Origin: Octopus sinensis
Lineage: Eukaryota
Reading direction: 5' to 3'
Assembly: GCF_006345805.1 (NCBI RefSeq)
Contig: NC_043000.1
Coordinates: 50,716,001-50,780,000, forward strand
Length of the DNA stretch: 64,000 bases
Part shown: positions 36,860-49,190 of the stretch, piece after piece
Layout: each line of letters starts with the position of its first letter
Position numbering within the stretch: the stretch's first letter is position 1
Position numbers and translations under genes: made by a program
The notes under the pieces: model-generated
Databases searched by the model: none
Told to the model about the DNA's origin: nothing
The model's input: only the letters and a program-made list of their open reading frames with translations

Positions 36860-37249
36860 CAGTGGTTCTCAACCATTTTCTGCCTACAGACCCATTTGGT
36901 TACTATTTCATTCTTGTGGATTTCCATATCCGTTCTGTGTTCTAAAACTGGTTTTGTAGACATTTATTTCAAAATTCTTGCTTTGTTTTTCACATGTTCA
37001 CTTGTGTGGGTCTGTAGTTGCCACAGATTGTGGGAACACATTTCAGAAGCTGGAAATGTGTTGAATTATATAAAACATTAGAGAAAGAAACTTAACTGTT
37101 TCTAGCAATACATATGTATGTCTAGTATAGAATCTTTTTATGGATCCATAAATTCTATGGACCTCTTATTTACTATTTTATTTGCATGGACCTTCCAAAA
37201 TCTTATATAGATGCCCCGGGTTCATATGAACCCTGGTTGAGAATCCCTG
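36860..37249 (-). mobile_element. hAT (Charlie-like) MITE
   Basis: TIRs CAGTGGTTCTCAACC / GGTTGAGAATCCCTG (2 mismatches in 15); right flank ctctaaat resembles the Charlie target; left flank does not match. Confidence 0.7.
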
Positions 37250-37265
37250 CTCTAAATACTATATA

Positions 37266-38507
37266 CGAGGGGCGTTCAATAAGTAATGCCCCTAACCCAC
37301 TTGCAGTTGTTTGATCTAGCTGAAATTTTGCGTGTGCTATTATTTATATCTCTATAGAGTAGGTGGCAAATTACAGCTCTGAACTAATTGGGGTTTCTGA
37401 TTTACAGGTGTTTGAACTGAGTCAAGTGTGAAATGGAGCCTGTTGAGTGTCGAGTAGTGATCTGGTTTTTGTATTTGAAAGGACGCACACCAAGGGAGAC
37501 TTTTGATGAAATGAAAGTAACTTATGGTAATGATGCCCCATCATATGACCATGTAAAACGCTGACATCGGGAATTCAAACATGGTCGGAACTCGGTGGAA
37601 ACAGCTCCCAGATCTGGTCGCCCCACTTCTGCAATTGATGAGGCATCTGTCCGTCAAGTTGAGGATGCCATTTTGGAAGATTGACGCATAACTATTCGCC
37701 AAATAGCCCATGAGGTCAAGATTAGTACCGGGTCTGTGGAAACTATCATTCATGACCATTTGCATATGCAAAAGGTGTCTGCCAGATTGATTCCCAGGTT
37801 GCTCACACCTTTCCAGAAGCAAGAACGCGTCGAGTGCTCGAGGATGAATTTGGAGATGTGCCAAGAAGATGAGTCAAAATTTTTCAAAAGACTGATTACA
37901 CAGGATGAAACCTGGGTCCATCACTATGATCCAGAGACCAAAGCCCAGTCAATGCAGTGGAAGCACCGTGACTCACCTCCTCCAAAGAAGGCAAGGGTGC
38001 AGCCCTCCGCTGACAAGGTCATGCTCACAGTCTTCTGGGACCAGGACAGAGTATTGATAACAGATTTCCTGGCAAAGGGTACCACAATTACAGGAGCCTA
38101 TTATGCTTCACTTTTGAGGAAATTAAGAGAAACTATCAAAATCAAGAGGCGGGGCAAGATCAGCAAAGACATCCTCCTCCTGCAGGACAACGCTCCAGTC
38201 CACAACTCACTTGTCGCTAGATCAGAAGCACAGGAGTCTGATTTTCACCTCTTCCCAACCATGAAGTTGTTTTTGAAAGGAAAGCATTTCCCAGATGATG
38301 CAGCCTTGATTTCTGAAGTCACATCGTGGTTGGAGGACCAAGCTGGGTCTTCTAAAATAAATGGTCTCCAGAGCTGTATCAAACGATGGGAGAAATGCGT
38401 AACTCTGGGTGGTTCCTATGTAGAGAAAGACTAATAACTGTGCAAAGTTTCGTTGCTCTACTACTATGGGAAGTGGGTCAGGGGCATTACTTATTGAACG
38501 CCCCTCG
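37266..38507 (+). mobile_element. Mariner transposon (irritans/Hsmar2-like subfamily), non-autonomous
   Basis: Perfect 28-bp TIRs cgaggggcgttcaataagtaatgcccct (37266-37293 / 38480-38507) extending with one mismatch; TA on both sides; 1242 bp. Confidence 0.97.
37433..38434 (+). pseudogene. Mariner transposase pseudogene
   Basis: ATG 37433; TGA at 37562 and 37682; HTH region SGRP, VSARLIPRLL, ITQDETWVHHYDPETK, QDNAPVH, SDFHLF; YSPDLAP missing. Confidence 0.95.
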
Positions 38508-39043
38508 TAATGGTGCCTCTTTTTGAAAGTGAATGTAAAGAAGAAAATTTTTAAATTACCAGATCGACAGCAAAAGAATAGGAAAATAATTATTACATAG
38601 GACAACTCACCCCTTTGTATTACAGCTACAACTCCAGTTACACATTTTTAAAAGAATTACTCATAAAAAGTACTTCCATTCACAACAAAAGCAGCATAAA
38701 ACTTTAAATATCTAAAAACAATTAAAGTATCATACATTACCGCTGCTATTATTAGTCACACAATTACCACATCTAATTTGTTTAAAAATGATTAAGTATA
38801 TAAACACAACTTTATGAACTATAAAGAGTTTCCTTCAGATTTTTACTGCTTAGCAAGGATATAATTTTCTAATGCATCTTAGAGACTAATAACATATCTG
38901 ATACCTATAAAGGACTTAGTACAAATCAATTTAAACTTCATCACAACCAGCTTGCTCATATGTTCAACAGCAAGCAAGCAAAATTACTTCACTCTTTTAC
39001 ATTCTACTGCATGAGTGCATTCATGTGTGTGTGTGATGTGGGG

Positions 39044-39081
<38 letters not shown>

Positions 39082-39121
<40 letters not shown>
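39082..39121. repeat. (GA)n microsatellite following (GT)n
   Basis: Direct reading. Confidence 0.9.
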
Positions 39122-39124
<3 letters not shown>

Positions 39125-39588
39125 GTTTAAAGGAAAAAAAACACAATGCAGATTTACTGACCTTTGAAAGGATTCAAGAATATCTATGTACTCTTGAGTG
39201 AGTTCACAAGTATGTGTGTATATATTTGCAAGCATGAATGTATGTGTTCATGTACATGTATGTGTGAAGATAAATGTGAGGATATATACAACTGTACCTA
39301 CACCAATACTAAGTTCATTTGTTATTTTTCGTTCCCAGTTTAAGCCTTTTGTTACTGTATTTATTTTGAGATGTTCTGTGTTTCAATTATTTTAAATATA
39401 GCAAAGAATTTAGTAGAATAACTTAGTTATCATTAAGCTATTGTTAGGAACATACATTGTGACCAAGGTTTGGTGGAAGATTTTAATTCAAAACTTATGA
39501 AGACAAGACATTTGTACTAGAGAACCAGAGCTGGTTTCAGTCGGGTTGGTAACAAAAGGGTTAAAGAAATTAAAAAAACCTTATTTAA

Positions 39589-39874
39589 CCCTTTAGCATT
39601 TAAATTGGTCATATCAGGCCTAAATGTTTTGCCTGTCCTGTATTCAAACCAGCCACATCTGGCCTGTCATGCTCACTTCACCATGTCATTCTAAAAACAA
39701 TCACATCACACAGGCGCAGGAGTGGCTGTGTGGTAAGTAGCTTGCTTACCAACCACATGGTTCTGGGTTCAGTCCCACTGCGTGGCACCTTGGGTAAGTG
39801 TCTTCTACTATAGCCTCAGGCCGACCAAAGCCTTGTGAGTAGATTTGGTAGATAGAAACGGAAAGAATCCTGTC

Positions 39875-39926
<52 letters not shown>

Positions 39927-40226
39927 TCCCCCCCCTCCCAGCATCGCTTGACAACTGATGTTGGTGTGTTTACATCCCCGTAACTTAGCAGTTCAGCAAA
40001 AGAGACCGATAGAATAAGTACTAGGCTAATAAAGAATAAGTCCTGGGGTCGATTAATTCGACTAATGGTGGTACTCCAACATGGCTGCAGTCAAATGACT
40101 GAAACAATTAAAAGAGTAAAAGAATAAAAAGAATAAATAACTGAAATTTCGTAGCATGATCAAACCAAAGCAATGTGAAAAAATGAGCATTAAATATGAA
40201 AGAGTAGTAATCTGAACGCTAACAGG
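39589..40226. mobile_element. piggyBac-like MITE carrying a nested SINE
   Basis: TTAA at 39585-39588 and 40227-40230; TIR ccctttagcatt / aacgctaacagg; body matches 18825-19039 either side of the SINE. Confidence 0.7.
39712..40140 (+). mobile_element. Full-length family A CORE-SINE nested in the MITE
   Basis: aggcgcaggagtggctgtgtggtaag head through gactgaaacaattaaaagagta tail. Confidence 0.9.
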
Positions 40227-41759
40227 TTAAATATATTCTTTTTATAATATACTTAGAAAAAAAAAATCTGTCTTTTTGCAGCCATTTTGAAATTTTTGAA
40301 AACAAGGACAAAAACTTCTTTGTGTGGGGAATAAAGGACAAAAATACTTTAATTAGCTGGCTGAAGTGAACTAATTACTGTCACTAAAAACTGACTCTAC
40401 GGTTTACTTTCCAAAATGTACACATTATGTACTTTCATGTAAAAATAGTGTGACTTTTTTGTGCAAATAAATAACTATTTCTATTTTATTGCCCGAAATG
40501 CTTTCAAACCTTAAGAAAGTACAACATGTATGCACTAACATATAAGCACATAACTATATTATTGGTTGCTGCTAATATAGTTTAAAAAAAAATTCCTTTA
40601 TTAATTTAAAGTAGTATGTTTGAACTTAGTATTTCAGTCATTTAGAATTTCAAAATTTTTTTGAAATTTTAACGAACAGGTCATCTATAACTTGAAATTG
40701 CAAATGTTTCACAGATCATTCTTTACTATTTATGAGAATTGACATTATCTACAGCCTTTTAAGTTTCTTTGAAAAATCATTGCCTATACTTTCTGATCAT
40801 TATGTGTAAGAATTTAAAGGAGTTATTTCATATTTCTAAAAAATTATTTTCAGCTTCATTACTATATGTTTTGAGCGTATGTTGGAATGTTTATCAAATT
40901 TCCTTTTCTGTTAAGTATAAATTTGACACGCATAAAAAGTATGCATGAGAGAAAAAAAAAACATTATATAGAATAAGTAACCAATTCACTAAAATTAAAG
41001 CTGAATATGAATAACAAATTCGATTCCTGTCAAATAAAATCTGCTTATTTATCCATCTGCATTCTTTATAAGCTCCTTTTACTGGATTGAAATCATGAAA
41101 ATTCTAAACTTTGAAGATCTGAAGTTTGTTGATTTTAATGGTTATTTTTATGACTTAGTGGCACATTACAAGGATGGACACCAGTTGTATATTTTCTTCA
41201 AATAGACAGGTACTGGAATTTATGCTATTAACACAACTCTTAAAATCACTGATTCAAATTATTCTAGTAGCTGTAAAAGGAATATTTAAAATGGTGCTAA
41301 ATATTTTGGAACAGATGACAAAAACATTTGCCTCAGTTACACTGGTAATGAAAAGAGTTTTTAAACCAAGCCTCCAAAACAAAAACAAAAAAGGAAGAAA
41401 GAAATCTAAGAAAGCTGAAATGTTAAATAAGTGGAAGTTGTAGTTGGTTTTATTCAATCTGAACTAAAATATATTTATTTGGTGGTTCATTAGGAAGGTG
41501 GGTAAAGAGCTAATAGATAAATTATAAGTTTCCACTCTTAAATTATATATAAGACTCCTAACAGTAGATATTTTGTTATGTTCTTTGAGTAGATACATGA
41601 TTGTTCTTATTTCATATGTTATTATACGAAAGTGCTCTCTACAATTTGCTGAGTTTTGCATTATGCTTGAAAAGAGCTGACGGGAACTCTTAACTGACTT
41701 ATTTTTAAACAATGTTTCTCTCTTCTACTTATGACTTCTGTACAATATTTGGAAGCTAT

Positions 41760-41890
41760 CCACCGAGGTCAGCTTTGCCTTTCATCCCTTTGGAGTTGAT
41801 AAATTAAGTAATTGTTCCGTACTGGGGTCGATCTAATTGACTGGCCCTCCCTCTCCCAAAAATTTTGGGCCTCGAGTCTAGAACAGAAAA
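41760..41890 (+). mobile_element. Nin/Deu-domain SINE, 5'-truncated
   Basis: ccgaggtcagctttgcctttcatccctttggagttgataaattaagta...actggggtcgatc. Confidence 0.75.
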
Positions 41891-43583
41891 GAATATATGG
41901 AAGCTATTCAGTGTTGTGTGTGTGTTTGTGTGTGGATATGTATACATACATAGACAGTCAGATGTGTGTTGTGTATGTGTGTATATCTCATCTGGAGGAA
42001 TTAACTTCTTAAACATTGGAAAAGATGATAATAGAAAATTGCATTACGACAATAGTGAAAGTTTTCCGCAGAAATTTTGTCAATAGCAGAAATGATTACA
42101 AAAGTATTATATTGTGTGTGTGTGTATTGTGTGTTAGTGATAACTAATTAAACAAGTAGAGTTTTGTTGTATCTGTGTAGAGTATAATCAATCTAGTTGA
42201 GCTTAGGCATTAACTTTGGAGTGTTTCTGAAGAATGTGGGAGGAATCTTTGAAACAGTTAGTTTTAGCCAGAATTACAGGGAATACTTTTATAGGTTCAA
42301 TAAAATATATGTTAAATTTAACCATCACTATTGCTCACCTCACCTGGTTTTAAAATACACCTGTCAATGGATATTGTTCTTTATGCATTATTCTGATATA
42401 CTGCATATAAATAAATAAATAAATATAAATATAAAATAAACCAGTGTAAAATTCTGAGGAATATGGATGAGAGTAAAATAGATACTCTCTTAAATATAAT
42501 ATGCAAAATATTTAAGAAAGCAGTTATAGACATATTCAAACTTCTTCAAAGTCTTCAAAAGTTATACCTTTGGAATAATTTATTATGTAGTCAAATTATA
42601 TATTGAAATAGAAGGGAAACTTGTCAAGATTTAAAACAATAATTTTTATTGATGATTCAATTTAATTTCCTAAAATAAAACTATTGTTTCAAAAACATCC
42701 CCAATGAAATGAACTTTTTAAAGTTTGCATTTCTTAAGCAGTGGGTCTCCTTGTTGAATGATATAACTTCACAGTTTTTCTAATGGAATTTCACTACAAT
42801 GCTTACTCGATCAGAATGCAACAGGTTATCAACCTTTCACTAATTAAAACAATTTATTAAAGTCCATGTTTAAAGGTATAAATAACAATAAATCTTCCTT
42901 TGAAGTTAAATTAAATTTCACTTTTATTTTTATATTTTACTATATATCAAAAGGAAAAAAGAAATTGTATATGATGAAATGTTTAAACTTAAAAATAGAT
43001 TTATGATTATGTTCGGCCCATAGTTAATGTAATGATAATGATAATATAATGATAATTATAAACAATGATGATGATGTGGATGATGACTGCATGAATCAAT
43101 AACTGTTGGATTTTTTTTACAGTTTTTGTATCATTAAAAAAAATATTATAATGAAGCACAAACAGGTGAACTATTGCCTTTTACTTTGTCTCATCTGAAT
43201 ATGTTTAATTTCCATATATTTCCATTTCAATTAAATACATAAACATTTAATTAGAAAAGATAGAATAACCTCATAGAATAAAGGAATTCGTGTTATTCTA
43301 AACTCATTGCTGATTTAGTATTCTGTTTTACACATTCTACATTTTTTTTTTGGAAAATTAAGTATTTTCAGATTTTCAGTTAGGTAGTAGAGGGCTTTAC
43401 AAAATATTATACAGCAAGGTTTATTATGAGAAATACAAATGATATAATTTTGATGTTGAAGTTATGATGTTTTTAATGGGCCTAAATTTCAATTTTAACA
43501 GTTTATGATAATGTGACACTAATTATGAAGGATATGATGATAGTTATAACCATCATCATATCTTTATAGATTATTGTGAGACT

Positions 43584-44096
43584 GTGGAGGTGCAATGGTC
43601 TAGTGGTTAGGGCAGTGGACTCGTGGTCATAGGATCGTGGTTTCGATTCCCAGACCAAGCATTGTAAGTGTTTATTGAGAGGAAACACCTAAAGCTCCAC
43701 GAGGCTTCGGCAGGGGGGGTGGTGGCGAACCCTGCTGTACTCTTTCACCACTACTTTCTCTCACTCTTTCTTCTTGTTTCTGTTGTACCTGTATTTCAAA
43801 GGGCCAGCCTTGTCATACTCTGTGTCATACTGAATCTCCCCGAGAACTACATCAAGGGTACATGTGTCTGTGGAGTGCTCAGCCATTTGCACATTAATAA
43901 ATGAGTTGCGACGTCACTGGTGTCGAGCTGTATCGACCTTTGCCTTCCCTTGGATAACATTGGTGGCATGAAGAGAGGAGGCTGGTATGCATGGGCGACT
44001 GCTGGTCTTCCATAAATAACCTTGCCCAGACTCAGAGGGTAACTTTCTAGGTGCAATCCCATGGTCATTTATGACCGAAGGGGATCACAACAACAG
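43584..44096 (+). mobile_element. Long (~510 bp) tRNA-headed SINE with (CAA)n tail and TSD
   Basis: A-box tggtctagtgg 43596-43606, B-box ggtttcgattcc 43639-43650; TSD ttgtgagact (43574-43583) / ttgtgaaact (44097-44106). Confidence 0.85.
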
Positions 44097-44984
44097 TTGT
44101 GAAACTAATAACCTGGTGTAGAACTCAATGTATGTATGTTTTAGAATGAAGTGTCAGTTGAGTATAGAGTGATGATAATAAAGAGAGATGATCAAGGGAT
44201 GCATGATTATCTAATGAACTTCATTAGCTTACAGCTGTTTCTGCTTTTAGATGCAGTCAGCTCGTAGTTTAGTACTGTTGAGTGAAGTTTTTCAGATCAC
44301 TTTCTTACATATGTGAGATACTTACATATTTGTACATACTATATCAAACATCTGCTTAAGGTGTTTGACCTCAGCTGTAATGTTGACTTCTAATATTATT
44401 TTTAGACAGTAGTCAATAAATGTTATGAATCAGAGATGAACAATAAATAAAACTGCTTAAAAGACATAGCAAGTAGTTTATGCTATCATACTGTGAATTT
44501 GAGACTATGAATATCATTACACGGGATATTTTAATCTTTTTGTTTTCATTGAAAGAGTCAATGATATTACATCATTAACCTCACAACTAGAAGTGAAGTC
44601 AAATAATGAGTCAATAACAACGAGAATAAAATCTTCAGATATTTGTACATAAACAGTTTAAGATTTGGAAAAGTGTTTATGAGTTTGAAAATTAGAAGAA
44701 TTTTTTTTTCAGTATAATCTGTTTGATTAAATTTTATTTAAGACGTATCCTATAATATTTAAACTATGTAATTGTTTTTATCATGTGATGGAAAATTAAA
44801 GGATACATAGAGAAATGTAATAAATAATTAAGAGAAACAAATAATAAAGAAATGCAATAAATAATTAGTTATTAGTTAGTTGAAGTATGCTTACATTCAA
44901 TAGCAATGCCGTTTGTCTTGTATTTTATTGGTTATTAGTTACAGATTAGGGACTATTAACTATTCAACAGGTATTCTTTTATTC

Positions 44985-45220
44985 TTTTACTAGTTTTAGT
45001 CATTTGACTGTGACCATGCTGGAGTACCACCTTGAAGGGTTTTTTTAACAAATCAACCCTAAGACTTATTTTTTAAACCTAGTATTTATTCTATCAGTCA
45101 TTTTTGCCAAACCACTATGTTATGGGGTATATAACCACTAACACTGGTTGTCAAGCAGTGATGGCGAAACAAACATAGACACAAAGACACGCACAGATAT
45201 ACACATATATGTATATCTAT

Positions 45221-45251
<31 letters not shown>

Positions 45252-45680
45252 TTATATATATGTGTGTGTGTATATATATTATGTTTTGATTTTATATTTT
45301 ATATTTATATATGATGTATGTGTGTGTGTGTATGAGGAAAATGGGGATGAAAACATCCAATCTTTCACTGACTCCACTGTATAATACCCAATTTAGTAGA
45401 GAAAAACTTTACAATTCAGATGGGTATATATTAAATTTATAAAAATGGAAAGAAAATAGAAATATACAATTGTCAATTCAAAAATGAAAATTTATTAATA
45501 TAATATAATAAATATTAAATATGATGGGCTTCTTTCAGTTTCTGTCTACCAAATCCACTTACAAGACTTTGGTCAGCCTGAGGCTATTATAGGAGACACT
45601 TGCCCAAGGTGCCACATAGTGGGACTGAACCCAGAATCATGTAGTTGGGTAGGAAGCTTCTTACCACACAGCCACCACAA
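44985..45680 (-). mobile_element. Family A CORE-SINE split at its microsatellite by ~300 bp
   Basis: 3' half 44985-45200, 5' half 45523-45680, AT-rich filler between. Confidence 0.7.
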
Positions 45681-45939
45681 CTACTGATTAAAGAAGAATA
45701 CCTTTATTTTTAAAGATTACTTATCCTTAAACTGCTTCAAATATATTTCAAGAAATTTGTGCCAAATCTGATAGATAGTGTACTTGTTCAAAATAATTAC
45801 ATTCTTTATGTTTATCTGCTCACAGATTTCCAAACTATATTTTCCCAATTTTCAAATGTATTACTCAATGTTCGGAGATGTTCTTGAAAATGATAGAAAC
45901 TACCACTTATAATGATAGAAAAATGTTAATCTCAACCAG

Positions 45940-46165
45940 GTACCAGTATTAGTTTCAAATTTTCGCAGAAGGCCAACAATTTTGTGAGAAAGGTAAATCA
46001 ATTACATCAACCCTGGTATTCAACTGGTTCCTATTTTATGAACCCCGAAAGGACAACAGGTAAAGTTGACCTCAAGGGAAATCAAACTCAGAACATAAAG
46101 CTGAACAAAAAATGCCACCAAGAATTTTGCCTGGCATGCTAACAGTTCTGCTATCTCACCACCTT
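45940..46165 (-). mobile_element. Nin/Deu-domain SINE, reverse
   Basis: accccgaaaggacaacaggtaaagttgacctc...ctatctcaccacctt. Confidence 0.7.
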
Positions 46166-46489
46166 AACCAGGTACCAATATTCCAGTGTGAAGTTTCAGG
46201 GTTTTGGTTTCCATTTCTTATGTAATATTACATATTGATTCCATTCCTCAGTCACACTTTTTAGTTCCATTTCTACCATTATGATCAGCTTTCATTTTTA
46301 TGAGTATAGCGACAAATATTTAAGATAGAAAGTTGCTAAGTCTTACCAACACCAAAATATTAGTAATAGAGCCATTAAAATTCCTTCACAACTTTATGCA
46401 GATTCTCTGGTTTATTGCATTTAGGAATAACTGATGCCAGCCTGTGTTGTATGTGTTTGTGTGTGTATACATGTGTGTATATTAATGAA

Positions 46490-46537
46490 TACTTGTGTAT
46501 GTATGTATGTTTATATGTATATAAATGTGTATGTATG

Positions 46538-46580
<43 letters not shown>

Positions 46581-46770
46581 TCACACACATGTGTATTTAT
46601 ATGTGTACATATATGCATGTATATATATATATATATATATGCATGTATATCTATATATATATATACACACATGCATATATATATATGTATATATATATAT
46701 ATATGCACACACACATACACACACACATATATATATATATGTATATATAATGTGTGTGTGTGTGTGAGCA
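46490..46770. repeat. Compound (TA)/(TG)/(CA) microsatellite
   Basis: Direct reading; source of the YI-repeat ORFs. Confidence 0.9.
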
Positions 46771-47954
46771 CGTGTGTGTGCGTATGCTTTCTTGTTCATC
46801 TACAGTGCCAGTTATCTGACAACTTACAAAAGAGAATAGATAAAATGATTGATAAAGATCTGCATAAATAATAGGTGGATGTAAATCTTTGCTGATGAAC
46901 ATGAAAACATTAAGAACGAAGTTTCACTTCTATTTATAAAACACAATTTAAAAGAAGAAAAAGCATTTCTACTATAATGTATTGTCTCTTCTATGTTTAC
47001 TATAGTCCTGGTATAAACACTGCTGAGAAGTCAAATCAAGGACATATATTTATAACTAAAGAAGGGTTAAACTTGTTTTCTGTAGTTCGTACATAAAATG
47101 AAAATCTATAAAAAAAAAAAATGAGACATACCAGATTATCTTATCCTGAGAATTGTGGGCATAGTGTTGTTATAATAAATACATTGGCACACTCATCATC
47201 ATCATCATCATCACCATCATCATTTAATGTGTATATTCCTTGCTGGCAAGGGTTGTTATATGAGTATTGGTATTTTGTCTGTTCCTTTGTTTGGACAAGA
47301 ATAGATCATCGTTAATCCATCTGTGATTGCTGAAGACATTGATTTACAGTTATGCAATAGAATGAGTTTTATGGGTCTGCAGATGGTTGATGAGGCAATT
47401 CTTGTATGGAAATAAAATAATCACTGGAATGTAGAATGCATGAAGGCTGTAACTTAATTCAAGTGCTGGTAGACCAAGCTTTGTGGAACTTAAGCTTGGT
47501 TTCTGATGCCTGAATGCATACTTTTGTGAGGATTTACTGTTTTTATTGATGAGGGTGCATCATAAGGATTTATTGATAATTCTGAGGAAGCTGTCCAGAG
47601 GACTCTAACGATGTTTCTTTCAGGCTGTCCTTGTGGCACCTTTCTTATTTGGCAACCATTCTCTTCTCTGTAACACTCACCATTGATGAGTTTCTTTGCT
47701 GTACATCTTTATAAAAATCTGAACAAATATACTCAAAGATTTTCTTTATAATGATGAATTAAAGTAAGAATACATTTTCATTAGTATATCAATTTATTGT
47801 GACCATATATTGCAGTAGAGAAGATTGAGAGCCTATCTAAATGTAAGAATTGAAAAATAAGGATATAGAAAATGTATGTGGTAACTATTCTAATTATTAT
47901 TTTAATGTTAATAGGAGTTAATATAATTTTAAAAAAAGCTGTATTCTGAGTATC

Positions 47955-48270
47955 ATCCATCATCATCATCATCATTTAGCGTCCGTTTTCCATGCTAGCA
48001 TGGGTTGGACGGTTTAATTGGGGTCTGTGAAGCCGGAAGGCTTCATCAGGCCCAGTCAGATTTGGCAGTGTTTCTACGGCTGGATGCCCTTCCTAACGCC
48101 AACCACTCCGTGAGTGTAGTGGGTGCTTTTTACGTGCCACCTGCACAGGTGCCAGACAGAGCTGGCAAACGGCCATGAACGGATGGTGTTTTTACGTGCC
48201 ACCGGCAAGGGGTCCAAGCGAGGCTAGCAACGGACACGAACAGATGGTGCTTTTACGTGCTACCAGCATC
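47955..48270 (-). mobile_element. RTE 3'-UTR / RTE-related SINE with internal ~62-bp tandem units
   Basis: (CAT)n tail, ggatgcccttcctaacgccaaccactc domain, then about 2.4 copies of ggtgctttttacgtgccacc...cggat. Confidence 0.8.
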
Positions 48271-48689
48271 TAATTGAAAATAAATAGAATTATTATTCAT
48301 GACATCTATGTTATGTAGAATCCCATTCATAAGCTGAGGGCATGAAATATATGTACACATGCATACATACATGCTCGCACAAAAGAAAAACTGCATGCAA
48401 TTTATATATACAGTTTGAATTCAGTACTTCGAGTAAGAAAAAGGCATTAACGAAAGAGATTATAATGATAATAATTATAGTTATAATGAATTTTACATTG
48501 TCATAAAAGAGTAAATTTGTATAGGAAATATATCATTAAATAAACTGGTATCAGTACAAGCTGAAACTTATGTTGTAGGTCCTAGAGAGATGAAAGGTAA
48601 AGTTAATCCCAATACAGCTCAAACTATAGAGAGAAATAATGTAAAGCATTTAAAGTTGTATTCTACAATTTTTGCCACTCTGATACCTC

Positions 48690-48880
48690 AAATAATCCTT
48701 CTACTATAGGCACAAGGCCTGAAATTTTAGGGGAGGGGAACAGTCAATTGGATCGACGCAGTATGCAACTGGTACTTAATTTATTGACCCCGAAAGGGTG
48801 AAAGGTAAAGTGGACCTCGGTGGAATACTCTAAGGTGGTGCTCCAGCTTGGTTGCAATCTAATGACTGAAACAATTAAAA
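48690..48880. mobile_element. Reverse Nin/Deu SINE fragment fused to a forward family A tail
   Basis: ggcacaaggcctgaaatt...aaaggtaaagtggacctcgg then aaggtggtgctccagc...gactgaaaca. Confidence 0.6.
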
Positions 48881-48897
48881 GGCTTACTAAAGATTTA

Positions 48898-49190
48898 CAT
48901 CATCATCATCATCATCATCTTCGTTTAGCGTCCGCTTTCCATGCTAGCATGGGTTGGACAGTTCAACTGGGGTCTTGGAAGCCAGAAGGCTGCACCAAGC
49001 CCAGTCTGATCTGGCAATGTTTCTATGGCTGGATGCCCTTCCTAATGCCAACCACTCTGTGAGTGTAGTGGGTGCTTTTTGCGTGCCAGACGAGGCTAGC
49101 AAACGGCCATGATCAGATGGTGCTTTTTACTTGCCACCGGCACAGAAGCCAGGCAAGGCTGGCAATGGCCACAATCGGATGGTGCCAATT
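48898..49190 (-). mobile_element. RTE 3'-UTR / RTE-related SINE with tandem units
   Basis: Same family as 47955-48270. Confidence 0.8.

Noticed and set aside
46375-46902. Long ORFs rich in YI/CV/HT repeats (also 4878, 6207, 7191, 15152, 45148, 62378, 63527 and others)
   Set aside because: Translations of (TA)n/(TG)n/(CA)n microsatellites, not proteins
47955-48270. Repeat-spacer-like array as a CRISPR
   Set aside because: Eukaryotic context, degenerate ~62-bp tandem units without unique spacers, no cas genes
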